Shown in pieces: positions 7,245 to 13,887 of a stretch of 34,801 nt of DNA (the first letter of the stretch is position 1; each line of letters starts with the position of its first letter). Below the pieces are notes generated by a model. It did no database searches. It was given only the letters and a program-made list of their open reading frames with translations, and was not told the DNA's origin. Location of the stretch: the NCBI GenBank assembly GCA_021158595.1, contig JAGGUF010000079.1, forward strand, positions 1 to 34,801, given 5' to 3'. A program made the position numbers and the translations under genes. The stretch comes from a bacterium (GTDB lineage Bacteria > Patescibacteriota > Minisyncoccia > Minisyncoccales > GCA-002788555).

Positions 7245-7321
7245 TTAACATCCTAACATACTAACATTTAACAATATTTAAGATTTAAAATGTTAGAATA
7301 CTAAAATGTTAAGATGTTAGT
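7245..7321. promoter_or_regulatory. Inverted pair of 8-nt-phased TAACAT/ATGTTA arrays directly upstream of mraZ
   Basis: TTAACAT, CTAACAT and CTAACAT lie at 7245-7267. The units ATGTTAGA, ATACTAAA, ATGTTAAG and ATGTTAGT lie at 7290-7321. Read on the minus strand, the proximal array is in 8-nt register with the mraZ GTG and contains TGTTAAAAT. Confidence 0.55.
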
Positions 7322-7330
7322 AGAAATTCG

Positions 7331-7370
7331 GTTTTCCCCAAGGAAAGGGAGTTTTCCCCAACTTTTTCCA
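7331..7370 (-). promoter_or_regulatory. 10-bp-phased direct repeats TGGGGAAAAC / TGGAAAAAGT (candidate MraZ operator)
   Basis: The minus strand reads TGGAAAAAGT, TGGGGAAAAC, TCCCTTTCCT, TGGGGAAAAC. The phased TGG(G/A) boxes resemble the TGGGN direct repeats bound by E. coli MraZ. This operator role is an inference. Confidence 0.35.
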
Positions 7371-7390
7371 CATTTTATCCTTTCATTTCC

Positions 7391-7418
7391 ATTTTAATCC
7401 ACCAAAATTTTTTGTCAA
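7391..7418 (-). promoter_or_regulatory. Candidate distal promoter of the mraZ-ftsL-ftsI unit
   Basis: The minus strand reads TTGACA, a 16-nt spacer, then TAAAAT. It lies just downstream of the clp-like terminator. Confidence 0.45.
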
Positions 7419-7423
7419 GCCCT

Positions 7424-7451
7424 AACAAAAAACTCCCTTTTCTGGGAGTTT
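7424..7451 (-). terminator. Rho-independent terminator after the Clp-like gene
   Basis: The minus strand reads AACTCCC-AGAAAA-GGGAGTT followed by TTTTGTT. It starts about 30 nt after the stop codon at 7482. Confidence 0.6.
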
Positions 7452-7481
7452 CTATTAGGAAAGTTTTGTTAAATGCAATTG

Positions 7482-9959
7482 CTAACTACTCTGGTAAGGA
7501 TCTGAATCTACTTTCACCTTGAAGGTTACAGGATCAATCTCTATTTTGTCTCCTGACTTTATGCTTTCAGAAAGAATAGCCTTGGCAATATTGTTTTCCA
7601 CCTTTTCCTGAATAACCCTTCTCATTTCTCGGGCTCCAAACTGAGGATTAAAACCAAGTTTAGAAATCTTTTCTACTAATTCTGGCTTAATCAAAAATTC
7701 AATATTTTTTTCTAAAAGTTTCTTCTTTAAATCTGAAAGCATAATTTCAGCAATCTTTAGCAAATGTTTTTGGGATAATGGTCTAAAAAGGACCACAGCA
7801 TCAAACCTATTTAAAAACTCAGGTCGAAAAATTCCTCTCCTTAAAATCTCATTTATAAATTCCTCTTTATATTGTTTTAAATTCTTTCCTTCTATTATGG
7901 CTTCCCTTATGAGTTCTGCTCCAGCATTACTGGTTGAAATAATAATTGTATTCCTAAAGTCTACCCTTCTTCCTGCTCCATCAGTTAGATACCCTTCATC
8001 TAAAACCTGTAAGAACAAATCCAAAATTCTGGGATGGGCTTTTTCAATTTCGTCCAACAAGATTAAAGAAAATGGATCTTCTCTTACCTTGGTGGTAAAA
8101 TATCCAGGCTCAGTAGGAGTGCCAATTAATCTTTCAATAGAACTTTGAACCTGATACTCAGACATATCCAATCTTATCATTCTCTTCTCTGAACCAAAAT
8201 AGACCTCTGCCAGGGTCTTAGCCACCTGAGTTTTTCCTACCCCTGTTGGTCCCAAAAATAAAAAGTTACCTATAGTTCTTTCTCTTTTTCTTATCTCTGC
8301 CCGAGCCCGACGGAGAGCATTCGCTACCTCAAAGACTGCCTCCTCTTGGTCTACCACCCTCTGGTGAATAATTTTTTCTAAATTCAAAAGAACCTCTCTT
8401 TCCTTTTCTTCAGCCTCACCTACAGGAATTTCTGTCTTCTCTGAGACCAAACCTTCCACAATTTCAGGAGACACCCTTCCTCCCTTTACCTGACGCAAGG
8501 TGTAAACAGTTACCTCTTGCAAAAGATCAATTGCCTTTTTGGGGAAGGGAGAGGTTTGGATATATCGATCAGAAAGTTCAACGATTTCTTTAATTGCCTT
8601 ATAAGTGAAAAAAATTGGCGCTTTTTTTTCTATTCTCAAAACCTCATCTTCCACTATCTTCAACATTTTATCAACAGAAGGTGGTTTTATTTCAATTTTC
8701 TCAAACTGACCAAGTATCTCAGGTGCTCTTTCAATAGATTGATGGAGTCCTTCATAGGTAGTAGTAGCAATTAATCTAAATTCAGGAATTGAAAGATACT
8801 GAAGAAGAATGGGAGAAATATCTATTTTCCCTACTGCCTTTGCTCCAAACCTTTGACCTACAAAATTGTGAAGTTGTCGAATAACCAAAATAACGTTTCC
8901 TGCTCTTACTGCCTCAGCGAAGATTAACTTTAAAAGCCCCTCAACATTGCCCTGTTCTCTTCCAGTAGAGAGAACAAGAGGCATATCAATTTCAAGAATT
9001 CTCTTATAGTTCAAGGGAGTAACAGTTTTCCCCTGATTGACCATTCTGGCAAAGTTTTTAATCATTTCTTTCTTGCCTACTCCCGACTCACCCACCAAAA
9101 GAGCGCAATTTCTCTCTGGTTTAATCAAGGCATTTTCTAATCTTCTTATTTCTTCTTGATAAAGAGGAGATCTTGCCAAAAAGGCTTTTCTTTCTATTTT
9201 TGTCAAATCAACTGAAAAATTATCCAAATTAATGGTATATCCGGCTGCCCAATCCCTTGCCACACTACCATATCTTAAAAGATTCTCCCTTTCCCAAAAC
9301 CTTTTCTCTCTGGTTTCTTTTTCTATAATTCTTCTTTTCCAATCGCAGACCTCTTTTAACTCCTCCTTTCTGATTTTAAGTAGATCTAAAAGTCTTCTTA
9401 GAAAGGGTTCATTTTCTGCTAAAGAAGGTAACAGATCAAAAATGCTAATCTTTCTTAGGTTTTCTTTTAGAATTGACTTTAGAATCTCCTCCGCTTCTTT
9501 TACATCCTTTTTCGTTCCTCTTATTTTCTTTTTAACCTCCTTTCTAATTTCTGCCCTTGGCAAAGAAAGTCTTTCATATACAAAGGAAAGTTCTTTTACT
9601 CCTAAAAGATAGAAAAGTAAAAGAAGACTGAAGTCTCCCTTTTTTGAAAATGCAAAATCTACTGCCTTTGCTGCTTGAAAATCTAAAAACTCTGCTAAGT
9701 TCTCTGGATTTTTAACCTTTGGGTTTTTTAATTTCTGTTCGAAAAACAAACGATAAAGAAAAAGGATACCCCAAAGAGAAAATGACAGATAGCAAATCCC
9801 CAATGATAGATGGGTATTAAATACTGATATTTTGAGATTTATTAGAGAAATTACAAAAATAAAAAAGAAGATTATCTCCAAGACCCAAATCACTCCTAAA
9901 GGAATAAGTTTTTCCAGTTTTACCGCTTGAATAATCTGAGCGGAGTTTAAATCAAACAT
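7482..9959 (-). CDS. Membrane-anchored two-ring AAA+ Clp/Hsp100-family protein with degenerate D1 ring
   Basis: 825 aa with two N-terminal TM helices. D1 aligns to ClpB, but Walker A is GESGVGKK, Walker B is VIRQLH (instead of FIDELH), and the RRFQ arginine-finger segment is GQFE. D2 is canonical (GPTGVGKT, LLDEIEKAHP, STSN, PEFLNRFD, GAREMRR). There is no M domain and no obvious ClpP-binding loop. Confidence 0.85.
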   Translation of the reverse strand: MFDLNSAQIIQAVKLEKLIPLGVIWVLEIIFFFIFVISLINLKISVFNTHLSLGICYLSFSLWGILFLYRLFFEQKLKNPKVKNPENLAEFLDFQAAKAVDFAFSKKGDFSLLLLFYLLGVKELSFVYERLSLPRAEIRKEVKKKIRGTKKDVKEAEEILKSILKENLRKISIFDLLPSLAENEPFLRRLLDLLKIRKEELKEVCDWKRRIIEKETREKRFWERENLLRYGSVARDWAAGYTINLDNFSVDLTKIERKAFLARSPLYQEEIRRLENALIKPERNCALLVGESGVGKKEMIKNFARMVNQGKTVTPLNYKRILEIDMPLVLSTGREQGNVEGLLKLIFAEAVRAGNVILVIRQLHNFVGQRFGAKAVGKIDISPILLQYLSIPEFRLIATTTYEGLHQSIERAPEILGQFEKIEIKPPSVDKMLKIVEDEVLRIEKKAPIFFTYKAIKEIVELSDRYIQTSPFPKKAIDLLQEVTVYTLRQVKGGRVSPEIVEGLVSEKTEIPVGEAEEKEREVLLNLEKIIHQRVVDQEEAVFEVANALRRARAEIRKRERTIGNFLFLGPTGVGKTQVAKTLAEVYFGSEKRMIRLDMSEYQVQSSIERLIGTPTEPGYFTTKVREDPFSLILLDEIEKAHPRILDLFLQVLDEGYLTDGAGRRVDFRNTIIISTSNAGAELIREAIIEGKNLKQYKEEFINEILRRGIFRPEFLNRFDAVVLFRPLSQKHLLKIAEIMLSDLKKKLLEKNIEFLIKPELVEKISKLGFNPQFGAREMRRVIQEKVENNIAKAILSESIKSGDKIEIDPVTFKVKVDSDPYQSS

Positions 9960-9960
9960 A

Positions 9961-10329
9961 CTATATCAGTGTGATTCCCTTTATTAAACAATAAAGCAAA
10001 AGGAAGGGAAATATCAGCCAGGCAAGAAAAAAAACAATTCCTAAAAATATGACAAATATCTCAACTATCACTCCAGTTATAATCACAAAACCTCTTAAAC
10101 TCATTCCTATTATTCGAGAGAAACTGTTGAAAATAAAATTACCAAACCATCTTCCAATATCAAATCTGCCTTTACTGGAAAAATAGTATCTCTTCCAAGG
10201 AGAGAAAAAGGTCTTGAGGAGCAAGGAAAGAGAAAAATAATTCCTTACAAACCAAAGATAATTCCCCCAAATATGATAGATCTTTTCAGGAAGGTCCTTA
10301 AAATACCAGGTTAAAAAAAGGCCAGCCAT
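9961..10329 (-). CDS. Small polytopic membrane protein of unknown function
   Basis: 122 aa with hydrophobic helices near the C-terminus. The stop codon lies 1 nt before the start of the Clp-like gene, which suggests co-translation. No family is recognised. Confidence 0.55.
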   Translation of the reverse strand: MAGLFLTWYFKDLPEKIYHIWGNYLWFVRNYFSLSLLLKTFFSPWKRYYFSSKGRFDIGRWFGNFIFNSFSRIIGMSLRGFVIITGVIVEIFVIFLGIVFFLAWLIFPFLLLYCLIKGITLI

Positions 10330-10365
10330 ATGAGAAGAAATTAAGAAGAGTTTCTCAATCTTCTA

Positions 10366-11400
10366 TTATTTTGGAGTCTCTAATTCTTCAGTTGAAACCA
10401 GAACCTCTCTTAATTTTGGAAGGTTCTCCAAGACCACCCCACAACCTCTGGCTACTGCTGTCATTGGATCTTCCGGAACCTTTACCGGAATTTTTGTCTC
10501 TTGTTCTATTAGTTTGTCAAGTTTTCGTAAAAGACTTCCTCCCCCTACCAAAAAAATTCCTTCTCTCATAATATCGGCTAATAGTTCAGGAGGAGTATCT
10601 TCAATGGCTGATTTTATCTCATTTACAATAGTGCGAATTGAATCCTTCATTGCTCTCCTTACATCCTCATCGGTAACAATAATCTCTTTTGGAAGACCGG
10701 TGATGATATCTCTCCCCCGCATTGGATACTGAAGTTCTTTCTCTAAGGGCATTGCTGAACCTATTTTAATTTTTATCTCCTCTGCCGTTCTTTCTCCTAA
10801 AACCAACTTAAACTCTTCTTCAGCAAAACGAATAATGTCCTGGTTTAACTTATCTCCAGCAATGCGAAGTGACTTTGAATTAACAATTCCTCCCAGAGAA
10901 ATTATAGCCACCTCAGTAGTTCCCCCTCCAATATCAACTATCATATTTCCTCCTGCCTCTTGAACAGGAAGGCGAATTCCAATGGCAGCAGCCATTGGTT
11001 CCTCAATTAAATAAACCTCTCCAGCACCTGCATTCTTCCCTGCCTCCTCAACTGCCTTTTTCTCAACCTCGGTTACTCCCGAAGGAATACCTACAATAAG
11101 TTTTGGCTGAGGCCAAGGAAAAAATCTCTTACCAAAAGATCTATCTATAAAATAACGAAGCATTTGTTCGGTAATCTCAAAATCAGAAACTACACCCGAA
11201 ACCAAGGGTCTGATGGCAATAATATGAGAGGGAGTTCTTCCCACCATCTTTTTTGCCTCTTCTCCTACGGCCAAAATCTGGCCTGTTTTTTTATTCAAAG
11301 CCACTACTGAAGGTTCATTAATAATAATTCCTCTTCCCCTTGCATAAACTAGGGTATTTGCAGTGCCAAGATCAATTCCAATATCTCGAGCAAAAATCAT
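10366..11400 (-). CDS. mreB: Rod-shape-determining actin homologue MreB
   Basis: 344 aa with DIGIDLGTANTLVY, VDIGGGTTEVA and LVGGGSLL phosphate/adenosine motifs. An ATGA overlap with the proS stop indicates translational coupling. Confidence 0.95.
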   Translation of the reverse strand: MIFARDIGIDLGTANTLVYARGRGIIINEPSVVALNKKTGQILAVGEEAKKMVGRTPSHIIAIRPLVSGVVSDFEITEQMLRYFIDRSFGKRFFPWPQPKLIVGIPSGVTEVEKKAVEEAGKNAGAGEVYLIEEPMAAAIGIRLPVQEAGGNMIVDIGGGTTEVAIISLGGIVNSKSLRIAGDKLNQDIIRFAEEEFKLVLGERTAEEIKIKIGSAMPLEKELQYPMRGRDIITGLPKEIIVTDEDVRRAMKDSIRTIVNEIKSAIEDTPPELLADIMREGIFLVGGGSLLRKLDKLIEQETKIPVKVPEDPMTAVARGCGVVLENLPKLREVLVSTEELETPK

Positions 11401-12668
11401 ATATTTTTATTACTTTTGGTTTTTAGAAGATTGGCAATTTTTACAAGTTTGCTCTTTTTTTCTCTTCTTTCCTTTACCTCAACACAATTTTTCTTTAGGG
11501 TTCTTTCTGAAACTATTATTCTTTTTGGAATTCCAATTAAATCAGCATCAACCAGTTTTTCACCGGGTGATTTGTTTTCTCGGTCATCATACAATACATC
11601 AAATCCTCTCTTTTGTAAAGTGTTATAAATTTCACTGGTTACCCTCTCAATCTTTTCTTTGATTTTTGATTTTTGATTTTTGATCTTAACAAGATGAATA
11701 TCAAATGGTGCCACCTCTTTGGGCCAGATAATTCCCTTATTGTCGTGATGAACCTCAACCAGAGCACCCATTAATCGGGAAAGACCTATACCGTAACAAC
11801 CCATTACCACCCACTGCTTCTCTCCCTTTCCATTAACAAATTTAAAATCAAAGGGTTTGGTATATTTTGTGCCTAATTTAAAGATATTCGCTACCTCAAT
11901 TGCCTTTTCCTTTCGAAAATTTTCTTCTTTGCATCGAGGACACCTTGGAAATTGCTTTTTAATCTCTTTATTAATAGCTAAATTACACTTCTGACAGATA
12001 TAGATAGTATCTTCGCCGGCAGGAGTAAGCGTCTGAAATTCATGGGAAAATTTGGAAAAGGTGCCTCCTGAGGCTAAGGTTAGATATGTTTTTTCTTTTA
12101 ACTTCACTCTTTCTAAAATCTTAAAATAGGCTTTTTTAACCCTCTCATAATACCTCTCTAAGTCTTTTTCATCTTGATGGAAAGAATAAAGATCCTTCAT
12201 CTCAAACTCTCTTGCCCTTAACAAACCTGATTTTACTCTTATCTCATCTCTAAACTTTGTTTGAATCTGATACACATAGCAGGGTAAGTCCTTATAAGAA
12301 GAAACATATTTTTGAACCAATGGCACCACTACCTCTTCGTGGGTAGGACCCAAACCATATTCCTGACCATTCTTTCCCTTAACCTTAAAAAGTTCTTTAA
12401 ATATCTTCCACCGATTTGTCTTTTGCCAATAGGATTTAGGAATAAGAGTTGGCATTAAGAGCCGCTGTCCTCCAATTTTTTCTATCTCTTCTGAAATTAT
12501 CTTTTCAATATTAGAGAAAACCCGAAAACCTAAGGGCAAAAAGGTATATACACCGGCGCTCAGTTTATCAATAAATCCAGCCCTTATTAAAAGTTGGGCA
12601 CTTTTACTCTCTTCATCTTTTGGAATCTCTCTAATTGTTTTAGTGAAAAGTTGAGACTGAAGCATCAA
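11397..12668 (-). CDS. proS: Prolyl-tRNA synthetase, bacterial type, lacking the INS editing domain
   Basis: 423 aa. The N-terminus LFTKTIREIPKDEESKSAQLLIRAGFI...GVYTFLPLG, motif 2 FRDEIRVKSGLLRAREFEMKDLYSF, and GCYGIGLSRLMGALVE are all bacterial ProRS-like. Between GEDTIY and IEVANIFKLGTKY there are only about 30 residues, which contain CQKC-x14-CPRC. Confidence 0.9.
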   Translation of the reverse strand: MMLQSQLFTKTIREIPKDEESKSAQLLIRAGFIDKLSAGVYTFLPLGFRVFSNIEKIISEEIEKIGGQRLLMPTLIPKSYWQKTNRWKIFKELFKVKGKNGQEYGLGPTHEEVVVPLVQKYVSSYKDLPCYVYQIQTKFRDEIRVKSGLLRAREFEMKDLYSFHQDEKDLERYYERVKKAYFKILERVKLKEKTYLTLASGGTFSKFSHEFQTLTPAGEDTIYICQKCNLAINKEIKKQFPRCPRCKEENFRKEKAIEVANIFKLGTKYTKPFDFKFVNGKGEKQWVVMGCYGIGLSRLMGALVEVHHDNKGIIWPKEVAPFDIHLVKIKNQKSKIKEKIERVTSEIYNTLQKRGFDVLYDDRENKSPGEKLVDADLIGIPKRIIVSERTLKKNCVEVKERREKKSKLVKIANLLKTKSNKNI

Positions 12669-12738
12669 TTTTAAAATCTAAAAGATTACACCAAAGGATG
12701 AAGAAGGGATTGGTTTCACGCTTTAGGAACCTATTTTT

Positions 12739-12747
12739 ATTATATCA
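12739..12747 (-). promoter_or_regulatory. Candidate extended -10 box (TGATATAAT) upstream of proS
   Basis: The minus strand reads TGATATAAT about 70 nt upstream of the proS ATG. No good -35 box is present. Confidence 0.25.
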
Positions 12748-12867
12748 GATTTCTTCAAAACTAAAAATATCTCGTAATAATTTTTCAAATTCATTAAAAA
12801 CAGAAATCAAAATACCAATCCTCAAAAAAGTTTTGTCCTTTTAAAATAAAAAAGAGGAGGGAGTTTA

Positions 12868-13359
12868 TTAAAAAGAGACTAAAAAACAAATTATCTCCAC
12901 CCCTCCTCTTATATTCAATTTAACCTGGTCAAACTCGTAATGGAAGCGGTCAAAGAACTTCTTATAGAAAGTCTCTGCTCCCTCATCCAAACTCGTTGTT
13001 TGGATGAGGATACCTATGGGGTTCATTTGATATCTCTGATAATAACTCCGCGCCTTCTGGAATGTTTCCTGAAGAAGCAATGATCCCAGTCCTCTTCTCC
13101 TCCAATCCTCCTTAATCCAGAGGGCATCTAGCTGCAACAAGATTTTCTCGGGAGAGAGAAAATCTTGAATCTGTGTGACTGAGCCTCCTATAAGCACTCT
13201 GCGCTCGAATAATCCAATGTATAAAGCTCTATACGGAGGCTCTTTCATTTCAATCCAACTCCGAAAAACTGCTGGGCTCACGTCTGGATAAATGCTCCTC
13301 TGTTCTTCTTTCAAGAATTCCTCAAACTTCTTCTCGCCGCTTAATATTTCTACCTCCAC
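12868..13359 (-). CDS. GNAT family N-acetyltransferase
   Basis: 163 aa with a GTG start preceded by GGAGGTG at a 7-nt spacing. It has acetyl-CoA motif A, WIKEDWRRRGLGSLLLQETFQKA. G+C is visibly higher than in its neighbours: 27, 24 and 30 G+C in the three 60-nt lines from 13001 to 13180. Confidence 0.75.
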   Translation of the reverse strand: MEVEILSGEKKFEEFLKEEQRSIYPDVSPAVFRSWIEMKEPPYRALYIGLFERRVLIGGSVTQIQDFLSPEKILLQLDALWIKEDWRRRGLGSLLLQETFQKARSYYQRYQMNPIGILIQTTSLDEGAETFYKKFFDRFHYEFDQVKLNIRGGVEIICFLVSF

Positions 13360-13379
13360 TTCTTTTCACCTCCGTTTTA

Positions 13380-13408
13380 ATTCTAACACGTCATTAAAAA
13401 GTTGTCAA
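13380..13408 (-). promoter_or_regulatory. Candidate promoter of the GNAT gene
   Basis: The minus strand reads TTGACA, a 17-nt spacer, then TAGAAT. This is followed by GGAGGTG, 7 nt, and the GTG start. Confidence 0.5.
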
Positions 13409-13420
13409 GATTAGTTGGCC

Positions 13421-13450
13421 TTGACAAAATGAAATAGATATGATATATCC
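13421..13450 (+). promoter_or_regulatory. Candidate divergent plus-strand promoter
   Basis: TTGACA is followed by an 18-nt spacer and then TATATC, with a TG two bases upstream (extended -10). Its -35 box is the right arm of the inverted repeat TTGTCAAG-10 nt-CTTGACAA, whose left arm supplies the -35 box of the GNAT promoter. Confidence 0.4.
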
Positions 13451-13477
13451 TCAGTAAAAGAATATAAGGAGGAATTT

Positions 13478-13577
13478 CTCTCCCCCACCTATATCCTCCC
13501 CCTCCCTCTGGGAGGGGAAGGATTAAGGTGGGGGAGGGAGAATATCAGAGCCCTATCAAATTGATTAGTAATTATAG
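13478..13577 (+). repeat. Repeat-family copy 4: best-preserved single hairpin module, linker and right terminal block
   Basis: The hairpin is CTCCCCCACC-TATA-TCCTCCCCCTCCC-TCT-GGGAGGGGAAGGA-TTAA-GGTGGGGGAG. It is followed by GGAGAATATCAGAGCC and then CTATCAAATTGATTAGTAATTATA. Confidence 0.8.
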
Positions 13578-13578
13578 A

Positions 13579-13612
13579 AGATGAAAGAGAATTTACATTC
13601 TCTTTCATCTTG
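13579..13612. other. Perfect 15-bp AT-rich hairpin / palindrome
   Basis: The sequence is AAGATGAAAGAGAAT-TTAC-ATTCTCTTTCATCTT. No T-run follows on either strand, so it is not a canonical terminator. Confidence 0.7.
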
Positions 13613-13698
13613 TCCAGGTTTTCCTGGTAAATTGAAAAAAGGAGGTAGTTAGTTCTTTAATAATACAAAAAAATGAGAGTTCCGTAGAATATCAGATA

Positions 13699-13860
13699 GT
13701 GCTGGCCGATATAAGAGAGCAAATAAAAGAGCTAGATCTGGATGTCCGCAAGACCTGGTGGGCACAGAGGCCGGTTCTTGCATGGTATCTAGTTTGCCTT
13801 AGCATAGTGATAGCAATCATTTGGCCTACATGCCTTCTTGAGTATCTTCGAAGAATCTAA
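13699..13860 (+). CDS. Possible small membrane peptide (start codon uncertain)
   Basis: The frame is open over 13636-13860, and the only canonical start is a GTG at 13699 (53 aa). The C-terminal segment PVLAWYLVCLSIVIAIIWPTCLL looks like a TM helix. It lies downstream of the candidate plus-strand promoter and upstream of a hairpin with a T-run. Local G+C reaches 33 of 60 in 13741-13800. AAGGAGG at 13639-13645 has no start codon at a proper spacing. Confidence 0.25.
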   Translation: MLADIREQIKELDLDVRKTWWAQRPVLAWYLVCLSIVIAIIWPTCLLEYLRRI

Positions 13861-13887
13861 GATCTAAGTAAAGCCACCAAAAATTTT

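Noticed and set aside
12697-12849. 50-codon plus-strand ORF (MKKGLVSRFRNLFLLYQ...) in the GNAT-proS spacer
   Set aside because: It is short, has no recognisable features, and lies between two minus-strand genes where the proS promoter is expected. It was not called.
13639-13645. AAGGAGG as the ribosome-binding site of a plus-strand gene
   Set aside because: No ATG, GTG or TTG lies 4-12 nt downstream in any frame. The nearest in-frame canonical start is 54 nt away.
12868-13860. GNAT gene plus small ORF as a GNAT-type toxin-antitoxin pair
   Set aside because: GNAT toxin systems (TacT, AtaT and KacT types) have a co-directional upstream RHH antitoxin gene in the same operon. Here the partner is divergent, is hydrophobic rather than DNA-binding, and is separated by about 340 nt.
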